Shown here in pieces: positions 32,305-45,558 of a DNA stretch of 64,000 nucleotides. The notes below the pieces were generated by a model. The model did not search any database and had not been told where the DNA came from. It saw only the letters and a program-made list of their open reading frames with translations. How positions within the stretch are numbered: the stretch's first letter is position 1; every line of letters begins with the position of its first letter. The DNA is from Veleropilina oligotropha (Eukaryota), in contig JBEUKZ010000061.1 of assembly GCA_048128005.1 (NCBI GenBank), positions 1 to 64,000 on the forward strand. The letters run 5' to 3'. Made by a program: the position numbers and the translations under genes.

Positions 32305-32387
32305 GCGCCAGAGCAGGGGTTTGAACCCACATCCTAAAGTTTCACTTATCGTTTTTCTGCTGCTCTACCAGTTGAGCTATCGAGAAC
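32305..32387 (-). pseudogene. tRNA-derived pseudogene or SINE head
   Basis: A box tagctcaactggtagagc and B box gggttcaaaccc, but no intact anticodon arm. Confidence 0.55.
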
Positions 32388-32795
32388 GGTGAATATCAAG
32401 TTAGAAGCATATCGAATTATAGCTGTAGATGGTAGAGCCCATTTAAAAAATCTTGGCGAAGCGGAGGCAAATCCAGGTAACCAAGACTATTGTCAGGGAG
32501 TTACAATAAACAGTCTCCACGAAAAAAGCAGAGACTATACAAAAATGGGAAAAGATGTCATGTAAGACACCGACATAATGAAATAAACAGAGATGTCATG
32601 AAATAAACAGACACATCAAGATAAAAGAAAAGACGGGAGAGAAGGTAATGTACTAACAATCAGATAACGATGAAATGAGTTCCTATGTTGGCGTTTATAG
32701 CATAATCCAATCACATCGAGAAACAACAAAATTTTCAACTTTAATTTGAAAATTTGAATAAAATATAACAATATTTGTTGCATCCAATTTAGAGA

Positions 32796-33054
32796 GGGAG
32801 GAGGAATGATGCTTAATATCCTGTATATTTACAACACCGAGGTTCAAGGCAGGACATGTCCATGTTATCGCGGGAGGAAACCCCGGTCGCCCGGGTAAAC
32901 CCGCCCTTTTCGGCCAGTCGTGGACAACTGTGATTCATAACTTGAACAAATGTCAATACCTCAACCAGGTATTGAACCCACTACTTTTCGCATTAGCGGA
33001 ATCAAGCCAGTGAATTTCGAGTGGACACTTACCCACTGCGCTGCCGAAACGGCC
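32796..33054 (-). mobile_element. tRNA-derived SINE
   Basis: A/B-box head (gggttcaatacc) and (CCT)n tail; multicopy in this window. Confidence 0.8.
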
Positions 33055-33166
33055 GACACTGGCGACAGAGGGGGAACAGGTTCAATCATCGCCAACAACA
33101 ACATACAATAGCAGTTAAAATCTCTACGCAATGCCAATGTGGTCAGACAATATAAGGTATGGATGT

Positions 33167-33434
33167 GGAGGGAGGGAGGAATGATGCTTAATATCCTGTA
33201 TATTTACAACATCGAGGTTCAAGGCAGGACATGTCCGTGTTATCGTGGGAGGAAACCCCGGTCGCCCGGGTAAACCCGCCCTTTTCGGCCAGTCGAGGAC
33301 AACTGTGATTCATAACTTGAACAAATGTCAATGCCTCAGCCAGGTATTGAACCCATTACTGTTCACATTAGCGGAATCAAGCCAGTGAATTTAGAGTGAA
33401 CACTCTTATTACCCACCGCGCTGCCGAAGCGGCC
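33167..33434 (-). mobile_element. tRNA-derived SINE with 12-bp TSD
   Basis: TSD aggtatggatgt (33155-66) / aggtgtggatgt (33435-46). Confidence 0.85.
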
Positions 33435-34559
33435 AGGTGTGGATGTAACAAGGACACCAAATAAATATGATTTAGCCAACAACAGAGCATAAATGTCCAT
33501 TTTTGTATGAAAGGTAAGGGACAAAAAGTCAATTTATGAAGAACTTGGATGAAATTTCAAAACAATGGAAGGAATAAAAATCCATTTTGGTTAGAAATTA
33601 TTGGCTTAATTGTCATTTGGTGTCCCGGTTACATCCAAAACGCTGTGTGGACATGTCGTTACACACATTCTAATATCGCGCTGATATTGGACTGAAATTA
33701 TTCTGACATCGATATTTTTTCCCAGACAAAAATTATTTGTTCGAAAATTCGACAAAATACCACAAATAGCAAAATATCATTACCTAACATATCTTATTAA
33801 TGTGGTTATATTTGGACGTAACCAGGACACTAAGACAACGATTCCCGGAAGTTGTTTCAACTGTAAACAAGCTTGCGCAGCTCGAAAACATTGCGAGTAA
33901 ATTGCAATCTACAACTGGAGGTTTACTTATTTATTTATATAATATGAATCTACAAGTGCTCATCTTTTAATCAAAATACATGTCTTTCCCCCCGCTGGAC
34001 GTAAATTTGTTCTGGACATAATGAATCGAGACATGAAAGTTGTTCACCTCGCTATAAGCATGCCTGCCAAAAGTGAAGGAAGTGGCGAACTAAGAATGCA
34101 TGTGTTGCTGTTAATCGGTTCATTATCGTAAAATTGAAAATATCGCGTTTTTATTTTAATTTTGCGCTAATTATGGCATTTTGGACGTAACTAGTTGAAC
34201 GGGACACTAAAATTACACGTACGTTTGACCCGTTAGCGTTAAAAAAGTACGAGTTTATTCTGAACGCGATTCAATACGGCGACAGTAACAGCGATGCCGC
34301 ACTTATTGACAGTCGACTTTTGATCGCATGGCGGCTCGTGGAGTCGCCTTCAGCGATTTAAGACTTGCTTTTGAGGACACGATATGTTACGTCCGAAACG
34401 CGAACTTTGAATTCTCATTTTTTTTCAATAAAAAAAATATTTTTAAACAGCATTTCTTAAATTAAATTATGTTTTTTGTTTGTTACTTGACAAATATTAA
34501 AACAAATTGTCAAGTAGGTTGGTCTGCTTCGTCTGTGTGTGTGTTTGTTTGTCTGTAAG

Positions 34560-34960
34560 CAGTTTTTGGTGATTTGCCAGACATTAATTAACAAGATATA
34601 ACGACATTTGTTTAAATCGTTTTTTTGTCTCTAGCGCAAAAACTGTTTGTCGTAGAGACTTCCGGTTTCCGCCATCTTGTTCCCTAAATAAATCCGCATC
34701 GGATCTATCATGAGCGTTTCTTAGATTTTCTTATGATTAGAACTGGTCAGGTTTTGTTTGACGTATCGGTCTGTAATATTACCAAAACGGTATGTATTTG
34801 TAACAGGTTTAGTTGATTATTTTTTTGTGATTTCCCAGACGTTAATTAACAAGATATTACGTCATTTCCTTAAATAGTTTTTTGTCTCTAGCGCAAAAAC
34901 TATTTGTTGCAGAGACTTCCGGTTGCCGCCATCTTGTTCCCAAAATAAATCTGCTTCGGA
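34560..34960. repeat. Diverged direct duplication (~140 bp blocks, ~260 bp apart)
   Basis: ttaattaacaagatat...agagacttccggtt..cgccatcttgttccc occurs twice. Confidence 0.7.
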
Positions 34961-36489
34961 TGGTATGAATCTTTATTATAAGCGTATCGTAGATGCTTCA
35001 CTATAATGTAATGATCATCCTTGGAAGCAAATTGGAGAAAGTGGGATAACTCTTGTCACCTTATGAATAAACTGGTCAGCAGTGCTGATGGAGAAGTAAC
35101 GTGCTTTATCTATTTTTTCACATGCTGCGAGCCGTCAGTTGTCATGTTTTTGTTATCTTGACAAGAAGACCAGAGACTAGTTGACAGATTATTAACTAGT
35201 TAATGGGCTTAGTGAAAATGGCATGGGATAATATATTACACCAGACTGCAGTGCTAAACAGTCAGTAAGGCCCCTACATGTATACAAATAATGACAATGA
35301 CAACATGGTGCTAAACTAATAATTGGAATGTCGATGTAAAAATATCTTTAATTGTGTAATGCTTAAAGATGTATTGCCCGTAAATATCGCTTATTGCCAT
35401 ACAAAGCCTTACTTACCTATTTGTGGATGTTACAAAAAGTTTTGATGATTCAAATTGGAAGAACGCACATTGTTTGCTGTGTTATAATAAAAAATCACCG
35501 CTGAAATCGTTGCCCGCTGTGAAATAAAGTCCATTCGACTGCAGCCATTTTGGTTGAATTCAGATCAACGCGTACATTATGGTTTCGGCCCAATTTGTAT
35601 TGTCGTTCTTTTCGTCGAAACACACAGACGTTTCGTCAAATATGAAAAAAAATATTTATTTAAATTGCATGCGATGTGACATTATTGTAAAATAGTACGT
35701 ACACCAGTAATAATGTTGCAGCTCAACTTTCCATGATGTCCAAGTTATAACTTTGACAGTTCCCAACTTGACAAAATTTCCTGTGGGCGAGCTGTAATAA
35801 AACCGGACCGGGTTTAATTATTTTTTACCTTTAATTCGTAGGCGCTCCAGGGCCCACCCCGTCCATAATTTTTTGGGAAAAATTGCAAAGTTTCTAACTT
35901 TGGCTAACTGGCATAAATACATTTGCGGTCTAGGGTTTAAATTAAAAGCATTTTTCGCTACTTACGGGCAATAAATCTTTAAAGCTTTGAATATTGAAAA
36001 CATCCAATTGATTCATTGATAAAATGCTATATTGTTGTATGTCAAATTTTGTCAAGTGTCGCTCTGAGAGCGATCTTGTTTGAATATGTTTTAGTCCAAC
36101 GGAAACGTTATATTTCGCACACCAATAAAATAAGAAACCTACACAATTCATGTAACATTTCAAGTGTAAAAATATGCTCAAAAATTATGTATAGACTGAT
36201 TTTTCTAAATAACTACTAAAACTAGAGTGCTAATTTTATCATATGCATGTCTTAAATACATAATAAATAAACATCAAAAGAAAAGTCAACAAATGTGTAC
36301 AGATTTTATTATTGACCACAGAACATGCGATGATGCAATTATCCCTATTACTGTGGAGTGACCCATATGTTATATTTTTCAAGTCATTTTAAAAGCATTT
36401 CAAAATATTAACTAGATTCATTGTTTCAACCAGCTGATCAATGTAATAGCTCGGTGAGCACCAATGTTAACTAGAACTGACATCCATAG

Positions 36490-37160
36490 GATAATGAATC
36501 AGGACTGAATCTGCCAGCTTTCAGTATTGGGAACAGCATCATCCAGTCAAGCACCAGTGCACGCAACCTTGGAGTCGTATTTGATCAACACCTGTCAATG
36601 GAAAAGCACATCAATAACATCTGCAGACGTGCTTATTGGGACATACGCAGCATCAGCTCAATCCGGAAGTTCATCGATCAGCACGTGGCAGCCACGCTCA
36701 TCCAATCTCGCGTCATTTCCATTCTGGACTCCTGTAATCCCCTCTTGTATGGCGTATCACAGAGTCTCATCGCGAAGCTACAGAGGGTTCACAACACCGC
36801 AGCCAGAGTGGTTACTGGAACACGAAAGTTTGAACACATCACGCCGGTACTTCGACGTTTGCATTGGCTACCAATTGGTTTTCGAGTACATTTTAAAATT
36901 CTGTTACTGGTGTTCATGACGTTGAAGGGAATAGCGCCATCCTACATCCAAACCTTACTCGTGCGCTACACATGCCCTCGATCACTCCGGTCAGGAAATC
37001 AGCATCTCCTGCCAGTAAGCATGACAAAGACCTTTGGTGATCGAAGCTTCGCTATATAGCCGGCCCTGTTCTGTGGAATAAGCTTCCCATAGACATCGAA
37101 GGACCTTGTAACTTTCAAGTCTCGACTCAAGACCTACCTTTTTGGACAGGATTATAACCA
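36490..37160 (+). pseudogene. 5'-truncated L2/CR1-group LINE, RT C-terminal region
   Basis: NLGVVFDQHLSM..HI, LQRVHNTAAR, HITPVLRRLHWLP, FGDRSF motifs. Confidence 0.85.
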
Positions 37161-38784
37161 GTAATCATCCAACAAACATTATTGTGGACCATAAGTGTTC
37201 CTTTCTGAGAAAATGATCCAGAATCTCAGAGACTTGGACTCAAAGTGCTACTGAGTAGCATCGCTAGATACTAGCATTATATAAGTTTATAATTTATTGA
37301 TACCCCCCTCTCTCCGCGTCATATGTATTCATAATTATACAAACTATCAGTATAGAAATTCAGTGAATAGTTGAATACAAAACCACTGCAATAGAAATAG
37401 ATGGACGGACAGACAGACAAACGGATGGAAGTCTAAAGGTCAATACGGCAAGTTCTAAAGTCATAACGGGAAAATTTGTCACTGTTGCACAACTACACAT
37501 GATGTAGTGATCATGTATGCCAAGTGACGATGAAATATTCCTAGCCGGTTGGGAGGAGTAGTCCGGACAAGTTAATAACAGACAGTGTTTAGACGTCCAG
37601 AGGTCACTATGTCAAGGTCAAAGGTCATACCAGGAAAATTTGTTGCCGTTGCACAATTACATGATGTAGTGATCATGTATGCTAAGTACCGATGAAATAT
37701 TCCCAGCAGGTTGGGAGGAGTAATCCGGACAAGTTAATAACAAGAGGTTTTTAGGTAAACCTAGTATTAGTTAGAATATACTTACGTCATTACCAATGCC
37801 ATAATAGCCATATTATCGCTAAACCGGAAACTGTGAAAAAGCGTTTCACTTTCTTTTAAATTTACACGCTTACCCCCCCTGCTCACCTCTCTCGCGTTCC
37901 TCTCACGAGATCTGCCCAAGTCTCGTGAGACCTCAGAGACCAAGACAGATCTGGTATCATTTTTAAGTCAGAGGAATCTACAGTGCGTAGAGGAACTTAG
38001 CAAGAGGGGTTGGAAGCGAATGCCATGAGCAGGGTGGGTAGACGTGTAATGACGTCAGCATATTCTAACTAATACTAGGTTTACCTAAAAACCTCTTATT
38101 AGTAGCAATATACTCTACGTCATTACCAATGCCAGAATAACTTTGGACGGTGGGCTAAGTTCTAACGAAATTAATACCCAAACAAGTTACTTACTTGTCA
38201 CCATGGAGACAGCTAGTAGCGCCGACTCGCGTCCGCTCAGGATGGAATTACTGAGTATTACAATTCTACCCTTACCCCGACTGAATTTTGACCAATGAAC
38301 CTTGGAAAAAACGCCAGAGGTGTTAGTCGGACAAGGTGACGCGAAAGTGCAATCAGCCCCAGGCAAGGCCGGAGGATAAATCCTGTAGGACTTAGATGTC
38401 ATGGACCGAAGCAGCTTTTAGTAAACCCTGGGCGTCAAGGCCGGTAACCAAAAGATGCAGTCAACTTGCGACAAACATACAGTACCTGAAAGGTTGTGAA
38501 TGTAACTAGTTATGCAATTATTATATTCCATATTAATAATAACTTCGCTTGACCAAATAGCGAAATGCAAACATGTCCCCATGTTACTTAAAGAAAATTT
38601 TAAAGATTGAATGATATTAAATTTTTCAATGTCGCAACACCGTAAGCTCATAACAGCAAATGAGCTTCAATAATATCAAAATCTAAAACCCTTTTAAGAT
38701 TTAGCATTATAAATGTCTAATTTCAATGTGAGTGGCATGTGTCATGTGAACTCAGATCTGACAATTTATTCTCAGTCCATAAAT

Positions 38785-41700
38785 CAGGCATGAGAACACC
38801 AAAATAAATTTTAGGAGGAAAAAATATGGATGTGGGCCAAAGGCCCACAATGCAGTGTGCGGAGCACACTGCCGACTAGGGGGGTTTGGGGGCATGCCCC
38901 CCCAAGAAAATTTTGAATTTGAACACTATTTGGAGCCTTTTCCTGCATTCTCAGAGAAAACACAGGTCACTAGTAATCATGAGAAAAAACAGTTTTCATC
39001 TGCAATAAAAGTTAATATTTAAGTTGAAAGGGTCAGTCTGTGACTTCGACGGTTTTGAAGAAACAAAGTTTTCCAACGAAGAATTGGTCATCTTGATGGG
39101 ACATCCTTAAAAGATTGTCTGTTTTTTTTTTTCACACAAAAAAAAGAATGTCATTTCTGGCAATTTGATGAGGAAAATAAAAAAAAATACACGCAAAAAT
39201 CATATCATAGTAGCCTACGTTTGTGAACAGCCGGGCAATATACAACAGATGCATAACCTCGATATGCTTTCAATACACACCCTAATGTCTAACAAGCCTG
39301 CCAAGACTGGCTGATAACAGTAGATAGATAGCCTGTCTGAAAAGATGCAACACGTTTCCTAGGTACCAAAGACAATGTATAAATTTGCAGAGGCCTGTAG
39401 GACCACAGGGTTATAAACCCTTAGTGGTGAATTGGCCACACTATGCAGCTGGCCTTATATTAGTGCCAAACGTGTGCAAGGTGCAGAAGTGACACCAAGG
39501 AAAGCGTCAGATGTCTGAGACAATCTACATATTGATGTAGTACATGTATGATAGCACAAGAAACATCATAACTAGGACTGGAAAGGATAAACCAGGACCA
39601 TGAAAAAACAACAGCAAGAGTTAACATTTCTTTAATATAAAACCATTTAAAAACACAAATTAAAAAGTACAATTAAAAAGACTGACATGGACACATCAGA
39701 CATGGTTTGTGAAATAGCACTGTGTGGTTGTATTTTAATAATAGTATCAAATTGTATTTGTTCTTAATATTTAACTTGGTGTTCACTATTATATTTCTTG
39801 TAAATATAAAATAACTTTTTATTTTGTCATCATGATCATGCATTATTATTTTTTATATTGCTTAATTTGTTGTTTTCTCTTTCTGTGCCCTTGCATTTTT
39901 ATTTTCCGTCCCATAAATAATCCATTTCATAAACTTTGACCTTTCTTATTGCTGTCAGTGCCCAGGACTGTGTTTTGCGACATGTATGCAAATTAGGGAT
40001 CGTGCTTGTGACGTTTTTCCTCAGATCTGTTGATAATTTCTTTTATTATATGCCAGTCGTTTTCTGAAGCCTATTCTCGCGCAGTTTTCCGAGACCCTGT
40101 ATCACGCACACGACCGATAACCTTTCAGAAAACGTCTCCTGCTTATATATGCACAAGAAAACGGCTCCTGCTTATATATTCAAGGAACTACTTCCAAAGC
40201 AGTCACGTGTCAAAACACAGCTGTTCACATTCAATAACGATCTGAGTGGACAGCGGCAGACGTCATTTGATTAAAATACCATAGATGAAAATAGCATAGA
40301 GAAAAATGTACAAAATTAGAAATTAATTATTATATATTAGAATAAAATGATGTACATATGCAAAAAATAATTATTTATAAGACTTACTTGCACAGATTAA
40401 TTAGCAGTACGCCACTAACGTCGATAATGCGTTCCCCATTTGGGCGTACAACAGGGAATATAAACGGTAGCGACCAGACGATCTTCAGAACTCACCGAAA
40501 TACCCCTTTTATCTGTCCATAAACCTCTTCATGGCAGGAAAACAAATCACGAGCTCACGTACGTTCCGAAGTCCTCCCGTACCATATACATAATAGTCCC
40601 GTTCCAGCCAGTTCTCGAAGCAGCACTCAAATATCCTTATACACTGCAGTTTCAGCATAGCCATAACAATTAATTCAACTCTATAAACGAACACGTCTGA
40701 CCACGTTACTTGTTTGGTCCTTGTTCATTCGCCTAAGAAATAGTTCCCATTTAATCGCCTTAATTTAGATTCACGAAAAGCGATAGATGGTAAATAATTA
40801 GTTAAATATTATATAAATGGTATTTCTAATACATGTCAGAAAAAATTTAGCTTATAAATGTGTTGTTGTAAAATATACGGCACAACGCAAATTGTACTGT
40901 CAAAATAGACGTAGTAAGTTTCATTCATAAAAAACGCATAACATGTATACTGTTCCACGTTGTCATATAGTTCACGTTATTTAAATTAAACCGACAATTT
41001 CTTCACATAAACTGGTTTGTATTTTTTCGTATAATAATTGACAGGATTGATTGTGGCATATAATAAAAATGTTATCAGTATTGTGTGGATTCTGTCACCT
41101 CGGAAACCTCTCGTGAGGTCGTAGTTTTTGCGGCGGATTAATCCGCTCGAACTTCGTTCTCGCGATTAATCACGCCGCAAAAACTACGACGTCACTCGAG
41201 GTTTCCGAGGTGACAGAATCCACACAATACTGATAACATCATTGCCTTTCAGGCTTTGATCTCTGCAGCAAATTTGGCTGTTCCGTCTATTAACGTTACT
41301 GGAAAAGCCGATAGGGATGGAAACCCAGACATGGCTAGCCACCATTAGTAGAGACTGTTTTGTCTGCGTGGATTGCCACGAATTTATAACATTTTCATTG
41401 AGTAAAGACTGCATAATATTTACAGCATGAAGGTATTATTAGGTAACTTTATCCATGTTATTTCAATAGAATATCTATCTATATGCAATATATTCCTGTA
41501 GTGGTATATTTTGCGTTTTGTCAAAGAATGTTTTTGCCCAGACAGTTGGCGCGCGATCACGTTTCTTAGAAACGAAACCCTGATTACAATATATGCACAC
41601 GGACCATTTGATAATGTCTTGTCCTTTATTACAAAAAATCCTTTATTACAAAAATAAAAAATATTGACGCGCAGGGGTTGGAACGACGTTGAATCAATAA

Positions 41701-42481
41701 AATAATACAGGAGGGCTTTATCATGTTTTATTGAAGGAATTTTTTTTACCAAACTTTAATATTGCTAAATCACGGTCGGCCGGCTCAGCACAGATAAAAA
41801 AACATTATTGAGTCGGCATCATATTTTCTGAGTCGGTCGGAGAACGGCAAACAAACAGCGGCCTGGTCATTTGCTCTGCATGTTTCGCACCTTTAGAACA
41901 GTGTTCGATTAGGGCATATGCTCCCCTCGAGGCGTAGTTCACCAACTTATCGCACGTGATACACGTTGCCACACCGGGTTTGTCAACTTTGCGAATAAAT
42001 TCCTTCGCTGTATCGACACAATACAAAAGGGAGATAATTTCGAATTGCCACCAGGGGCAGACATGAAAATGACTGACAGCTGACAGAATTTCCCAGTCTC
42101 TGCAGAAATGGTTTCACTTTACAAACACGTGCGCAGACTCGTTTTCGAGCGGGCTGTTACCACACTCATAGCGGCACTACAGCGCATTGCCATAGTTACG
42201 CAAATGGTGAATGTATACCAGTCTGGCATAAGACAGACTGAGGTAAATGACCCACTATCAGTGATGTTAATGTTCGGCTTAATTGCCGACGCTTTGACAA
42301 GTAAGTTTGTTGCCATGTTCGGCTTGCTGGCGCTATGCGAAGTTTCTACCCTCGGCCGTCCGAAATTAAGACCTCACCCCCCCCTATATTTACGAATACA
42401 AATTTGCATCGATCTAAAAAATGACAAAAATGAAAAATAAAACCCGGAAATTCGCGTAAACCCGGAAAATTCTCATGCCTG
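38785..42481. mobile_element. hAT-like DNA transposon derivative with 6-bp TSD, nested in DIRS A
   Basis: TIR caggcatgagaa / ttctcatgcctg; ATAAAT on both sides; zinc-finger-like remnant CITC...EHCSKGAKH at 41805-42026 (-). Confidence 0.75.
41068..41243. repeat. Long near-perfect palindrome, probable end of a hairpin-type element
   Basis: atgttatcagtattgtgtggattctgtcacctcggaaacctc ... gaggtttccgaggtgacagaatccacacaatactgataacat. Confidence 0.85.
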
Positions 42482-42609
42482 ATAAATAGAAATATTGGAC
42501 TGCAGACACCACAATGAAAACAACACTAATTGTTAGCAAGCTACACAATAGAGTTGCACAAAAATGCGGAGTGACTGTATAATTACCAATTAAGTATTTA
42601 CAATACCTG

Positions 42610-42909
42610 TCACTGTGTATTTGACCTGGATGTCCTGGTAATGCAGTGTTGCGCAGCAACACATTGAACACTTGACAAACCATCCGCACCAGTCGAGAAA
42701 TCGCGTAAATAATGTTTTACAAACACATTCGGGTTTCTCCAATACCCTGCCTGTAGCAGGGAGGTAATATTCAGACTATGTCTAAATGCCAGACTCGTCG
42801 ATATCGCTCTTGTTTCATGGGCACGGACAGCAATTAGGTTGCGGTCAGCTTCGTTGGAACTTGAGTATATCTGCTGAACCGTTCGACAAATCCATCGAAC
42901 GGACTCCAA
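42610..42909 (-). pseudogene. DIRS A tyrosine recombinase, C-terminal remnant
   Basis: RAHETRA...AGYWRNPNVFVKHYLRD (HxxR, W, Y catalytic motifs); closely similar to 51055-52011. Confidence 0.9.
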
Positions 42910-43062
42910 CGCGTTGTTCTCCGTGGCGGCAGCAACCTCGTGGAGGAAAGACAGGGCGGTCTCGCGAGCGCCGGGTCCGTCCTCCTGTAGAACGGCTATC
43001 GCACCGTCCAGGAACGAGTCCTGTACAGACGACAGCCGCAGAGCTCGTCGGGCAGAGCTTTA

Positions 43063-44080
43063 GACGGGGTGCGTCGATTTACCCCAATCGCCTCAATCGA
43101 ACCCCAATCGACCTCAATCGAACCCCAATCGACCCCAATCGACCTCAAGTATGCAGCAACGTACCTATATCAACTATAATATACATCGATAATGTAAATA
43201 ATATGAATTATATTAATATTTTAGGCTTAATTGCAATTGCGTACTTCGTTTTTGAGTCCGTCGAAGTCGGGAGCCCAAATGTTGAATTCCGCAGTTACTT
43301 TCTGTGTTGCTATATTTAGACTGTTGTGTAGAAAACTACTAAAACCTCCATGTCTTATATATTTGCCCATGACGCGGCTTCAAGCCCTGATCGGGCATTC
43401 ATTTGTATAAGGCTCGGTTTCGAGATCAAAGGTTCACTTTCTGATTCCTCATACTTTGTGCTGGTCGGCATACGCCATATAAGGCTCGGTTTCGAGATCA
43501 AAGGTTCACTTTCTGCTTCCTCATACTTTGTGCTCGTCGGCATACGCCATATAAGGCTCGGTTTCGAGATCAGAGGTTGGCACATCTCCAACGGTCGAAC
43601 TCCAGTCAAAACAATCGCATAACATTAAGCAACTTGCTTGAACTAAACTTTGTTGATAGTTAAGTAGATATATTGATACTTCTCAGAGAAATAAAGTAAT
43701 GAACTATGAAATATGGTTTGAAGTTTACAACGATTATCCTTTCGCGATTTGCGCACACAACGGAACCGACAAGGACACTATTTAGCGCAATAAAAATAAT
43801 TATTACAAAATAAAGATAACATAATTCATTATATATTTGTATTGTTTATCATATTTGCATGCTACCAGTTGGATTTAGTTCGTGTAATTAGAACCGTTTC
43901 GCGAATTCAATATTTGTGATCCCGACTTCCGCAAACTAAAAACCGATGTACGCAATTGCAATTGGGCCTAATATAATTAAATAAATCATAATGTGCACAT
44001 TATGGATGTATATTATAGTTGACAGGGGGTCGATTGGGGTTCGATTGGGGTCGATTGGGGTAAATCGACGTGCCGCTCTC
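43063..44080. mobile_element. MITE with ~200 bp imperfect TIRs, TA-flanked, inserted in DIRS A gag
   Basis: gtcgatttaccccaatcg / cgattggggtaaatcgac with 10-11 bp subrepeats; TA at 43061-62 and 44081-82; internal 71-bp tandem repeat at 43386-43573. Confidence 0.8.
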
Positions 44081-44151
44081 TAAGGCATCCATGGCGGCCC
44101 ATGGTACCTTCGCTACCGAGGGAGCTTGACTGGCAGACAGACGACGCATCG

Positions 44152-45558
44152 CTACGTCAATCTGTGCTGGCTCAGCCACCAGGCACGGCTCAGAAAGGGC
44201 GATCGGCAAAGATCGCGTACTGGGCCGGAGGTATCTTCCTCGGGTAGATCTAACACCCCGCGAAGCGACGCGACTGCGTCGTATCTTCGGCGGGTGGCGG
44301 AGATCGGCTCCTGCAAGCCTGATTGACTACGAGAGTCATCGGGACCGACCGATTCAAGAAGATCGGAGCGATCGGAGGGGACGTCCTCGTCGGAACGAGG
44401 GTCGACCTCCATCACCGAGGCAGGAGCCGTGCTCTGGGCCACGAGCAGAGGAGCAGAGACCTGGGGCGGCTGAACAGCCGGAAGCCAGGCCCTACTGCGG
44501 GTCTCGAATTCCGCCGCAATCATCGCCTGGACGCTCTCCATAGAGAGACCAACAGGCAAGACGGGCGTCGATCCAACAGCCAGTGGATCGCTCGAGGACA
44601 TCGTGGCACATGGTAGACGGGCTGCTGGGCCAGATTGATACGAGTACCAGGGTCTCGCATCGCCTGACGAGCGGTTACTCCCGGAGAACGGGCCAAAAGG
44701 CGTGTTAACCGGAGCTCGACCTCCGAAAGACTGCGGCCACAGTCCCATGGAGGTCGCCGCTCTGTTCAGTGGGTAGACGGGGGAAGCTCCCGCGTACATA
44801 CCCATCCCGAACGCAGCCGGTCCGTCCGCGCCAACTAGTCTGTACCCAAGGGGGACAGGGGAGTCGGCGGGCCCTCCGACAAGACTGGGAGCTCCGAGGT
44901 GTAAGGACGAACCCTGGGGAGGGTCGGTCGCACCATCGGCCAGTGAGTCGGGTGTCGTTGGTGGTCCGGATCTTAAACCACTTTGGTGGTGTCCGGCAAC
45001 TATTCCAACTTGCTCTGCCGTCAGCTGTATGCCACTCGACATACAGCTTGTGACAGAAGGACTAGCCGTCCCCTGCTCTTCCGAGGCCGGAAGAGAGGAA
45101 GGGGACAGCCTGCCCTGCTCAGCTGTTTGCTGTAAGGTCCGGTGTACCTTGCTAGCCGGCAAGGTACTGTTGGACGCAGCTACTAGGCCCGGGGTTCGAG
45201 GAGAAACGGACTGCACTCGGGCTCCTCTTACCTGGTCTTGAACCTGGGACGCCGGCGAGGTTCCCACGGTTTTCCCCAAAACCGTAGCGGTTTCGTCGGC
45301 GGGTCCTGCAACCTGCGATGCCCCAGTTCGCTGGTCGCTTCGCGTCCCTGAAACAGACGAATCAGAAATTATCCCTGACTTACCCGTCGTCTGTTCCTCC
45401 GGGGGAAGCCCAACAGAGACGGACTCCCTGGTAGCCTTCTCTGGTGGGTAAATAAGTGCCCACTGCCGATCCGTTAAAATTAGACATTTAGCACAAGGGT
45501 ATCTCTTAGCACAACTACGGTGTATGCGACATACCGAATGCTTGTCGAAGCTGTGCAT
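44152..45558 (-). CDS. DIRS A ORF1 (gag-like), probably decayed at the 3' end
   Basis: N-terminal DKHSVCRIHRSC...CAKC Cys/His cluster, then S/P/A-rich low complexity; first ORF after the 5' ITR. Confidence 0.75.
   Translation of the reverse strand: MHSFDKHSVCRIHRSCAKRYPCAKCLILTDRQWALIYPPEKATRESVSVGLPPEEQTTGKSGIISDSSVSGTRSDQRTGASQVAGPADETATVLGKTVGTSPASQVQDQVRGARVQSVSPRTPGLVAASNSTLPASKVHRTLQQTAEQGRLSPSSLPASEEQGTASPSVTSCMSSGIQLTAEQVGIVAGHHQSGLRSGPPTTPDSLADGATDPPQGSSLHLGAPSLVGGPADSPVPLGYRLVGADGPAAFGMGMYAGASPVYPLNRAATSMGLWPQSFGGRAPVNTPFGPFSGSNRSSGDARPWYSYQSGPAARLPCATMSSSDPLAVGSTPVLPVGLSMESVQAMIAAEFETRSRAWLPAVQPPQVSAPLLVAQSTAPASVMEVDPRSDEDVPSDRSDLLESVGPDDSRSQSGLQEPISATRRRYDAVASLRGVLDLPEEDTSGPVRDLCRSPFLSRAWWLSQHRLT

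Noticed and set aside
32305..32387. Functional tRNA gene
   Set aside because: A and B boxes are present but the acceptor and anticodon stems do not pair properly
38240..38470. Hammerhead, HDV-like or twister ribozyme in the DIRS 3' region
   Set aside because: Partial look-alikes (ctgagta, gcgaaag, tcctcc) could not be assembled into the required cores by eye; kept only as an unclassified structured region
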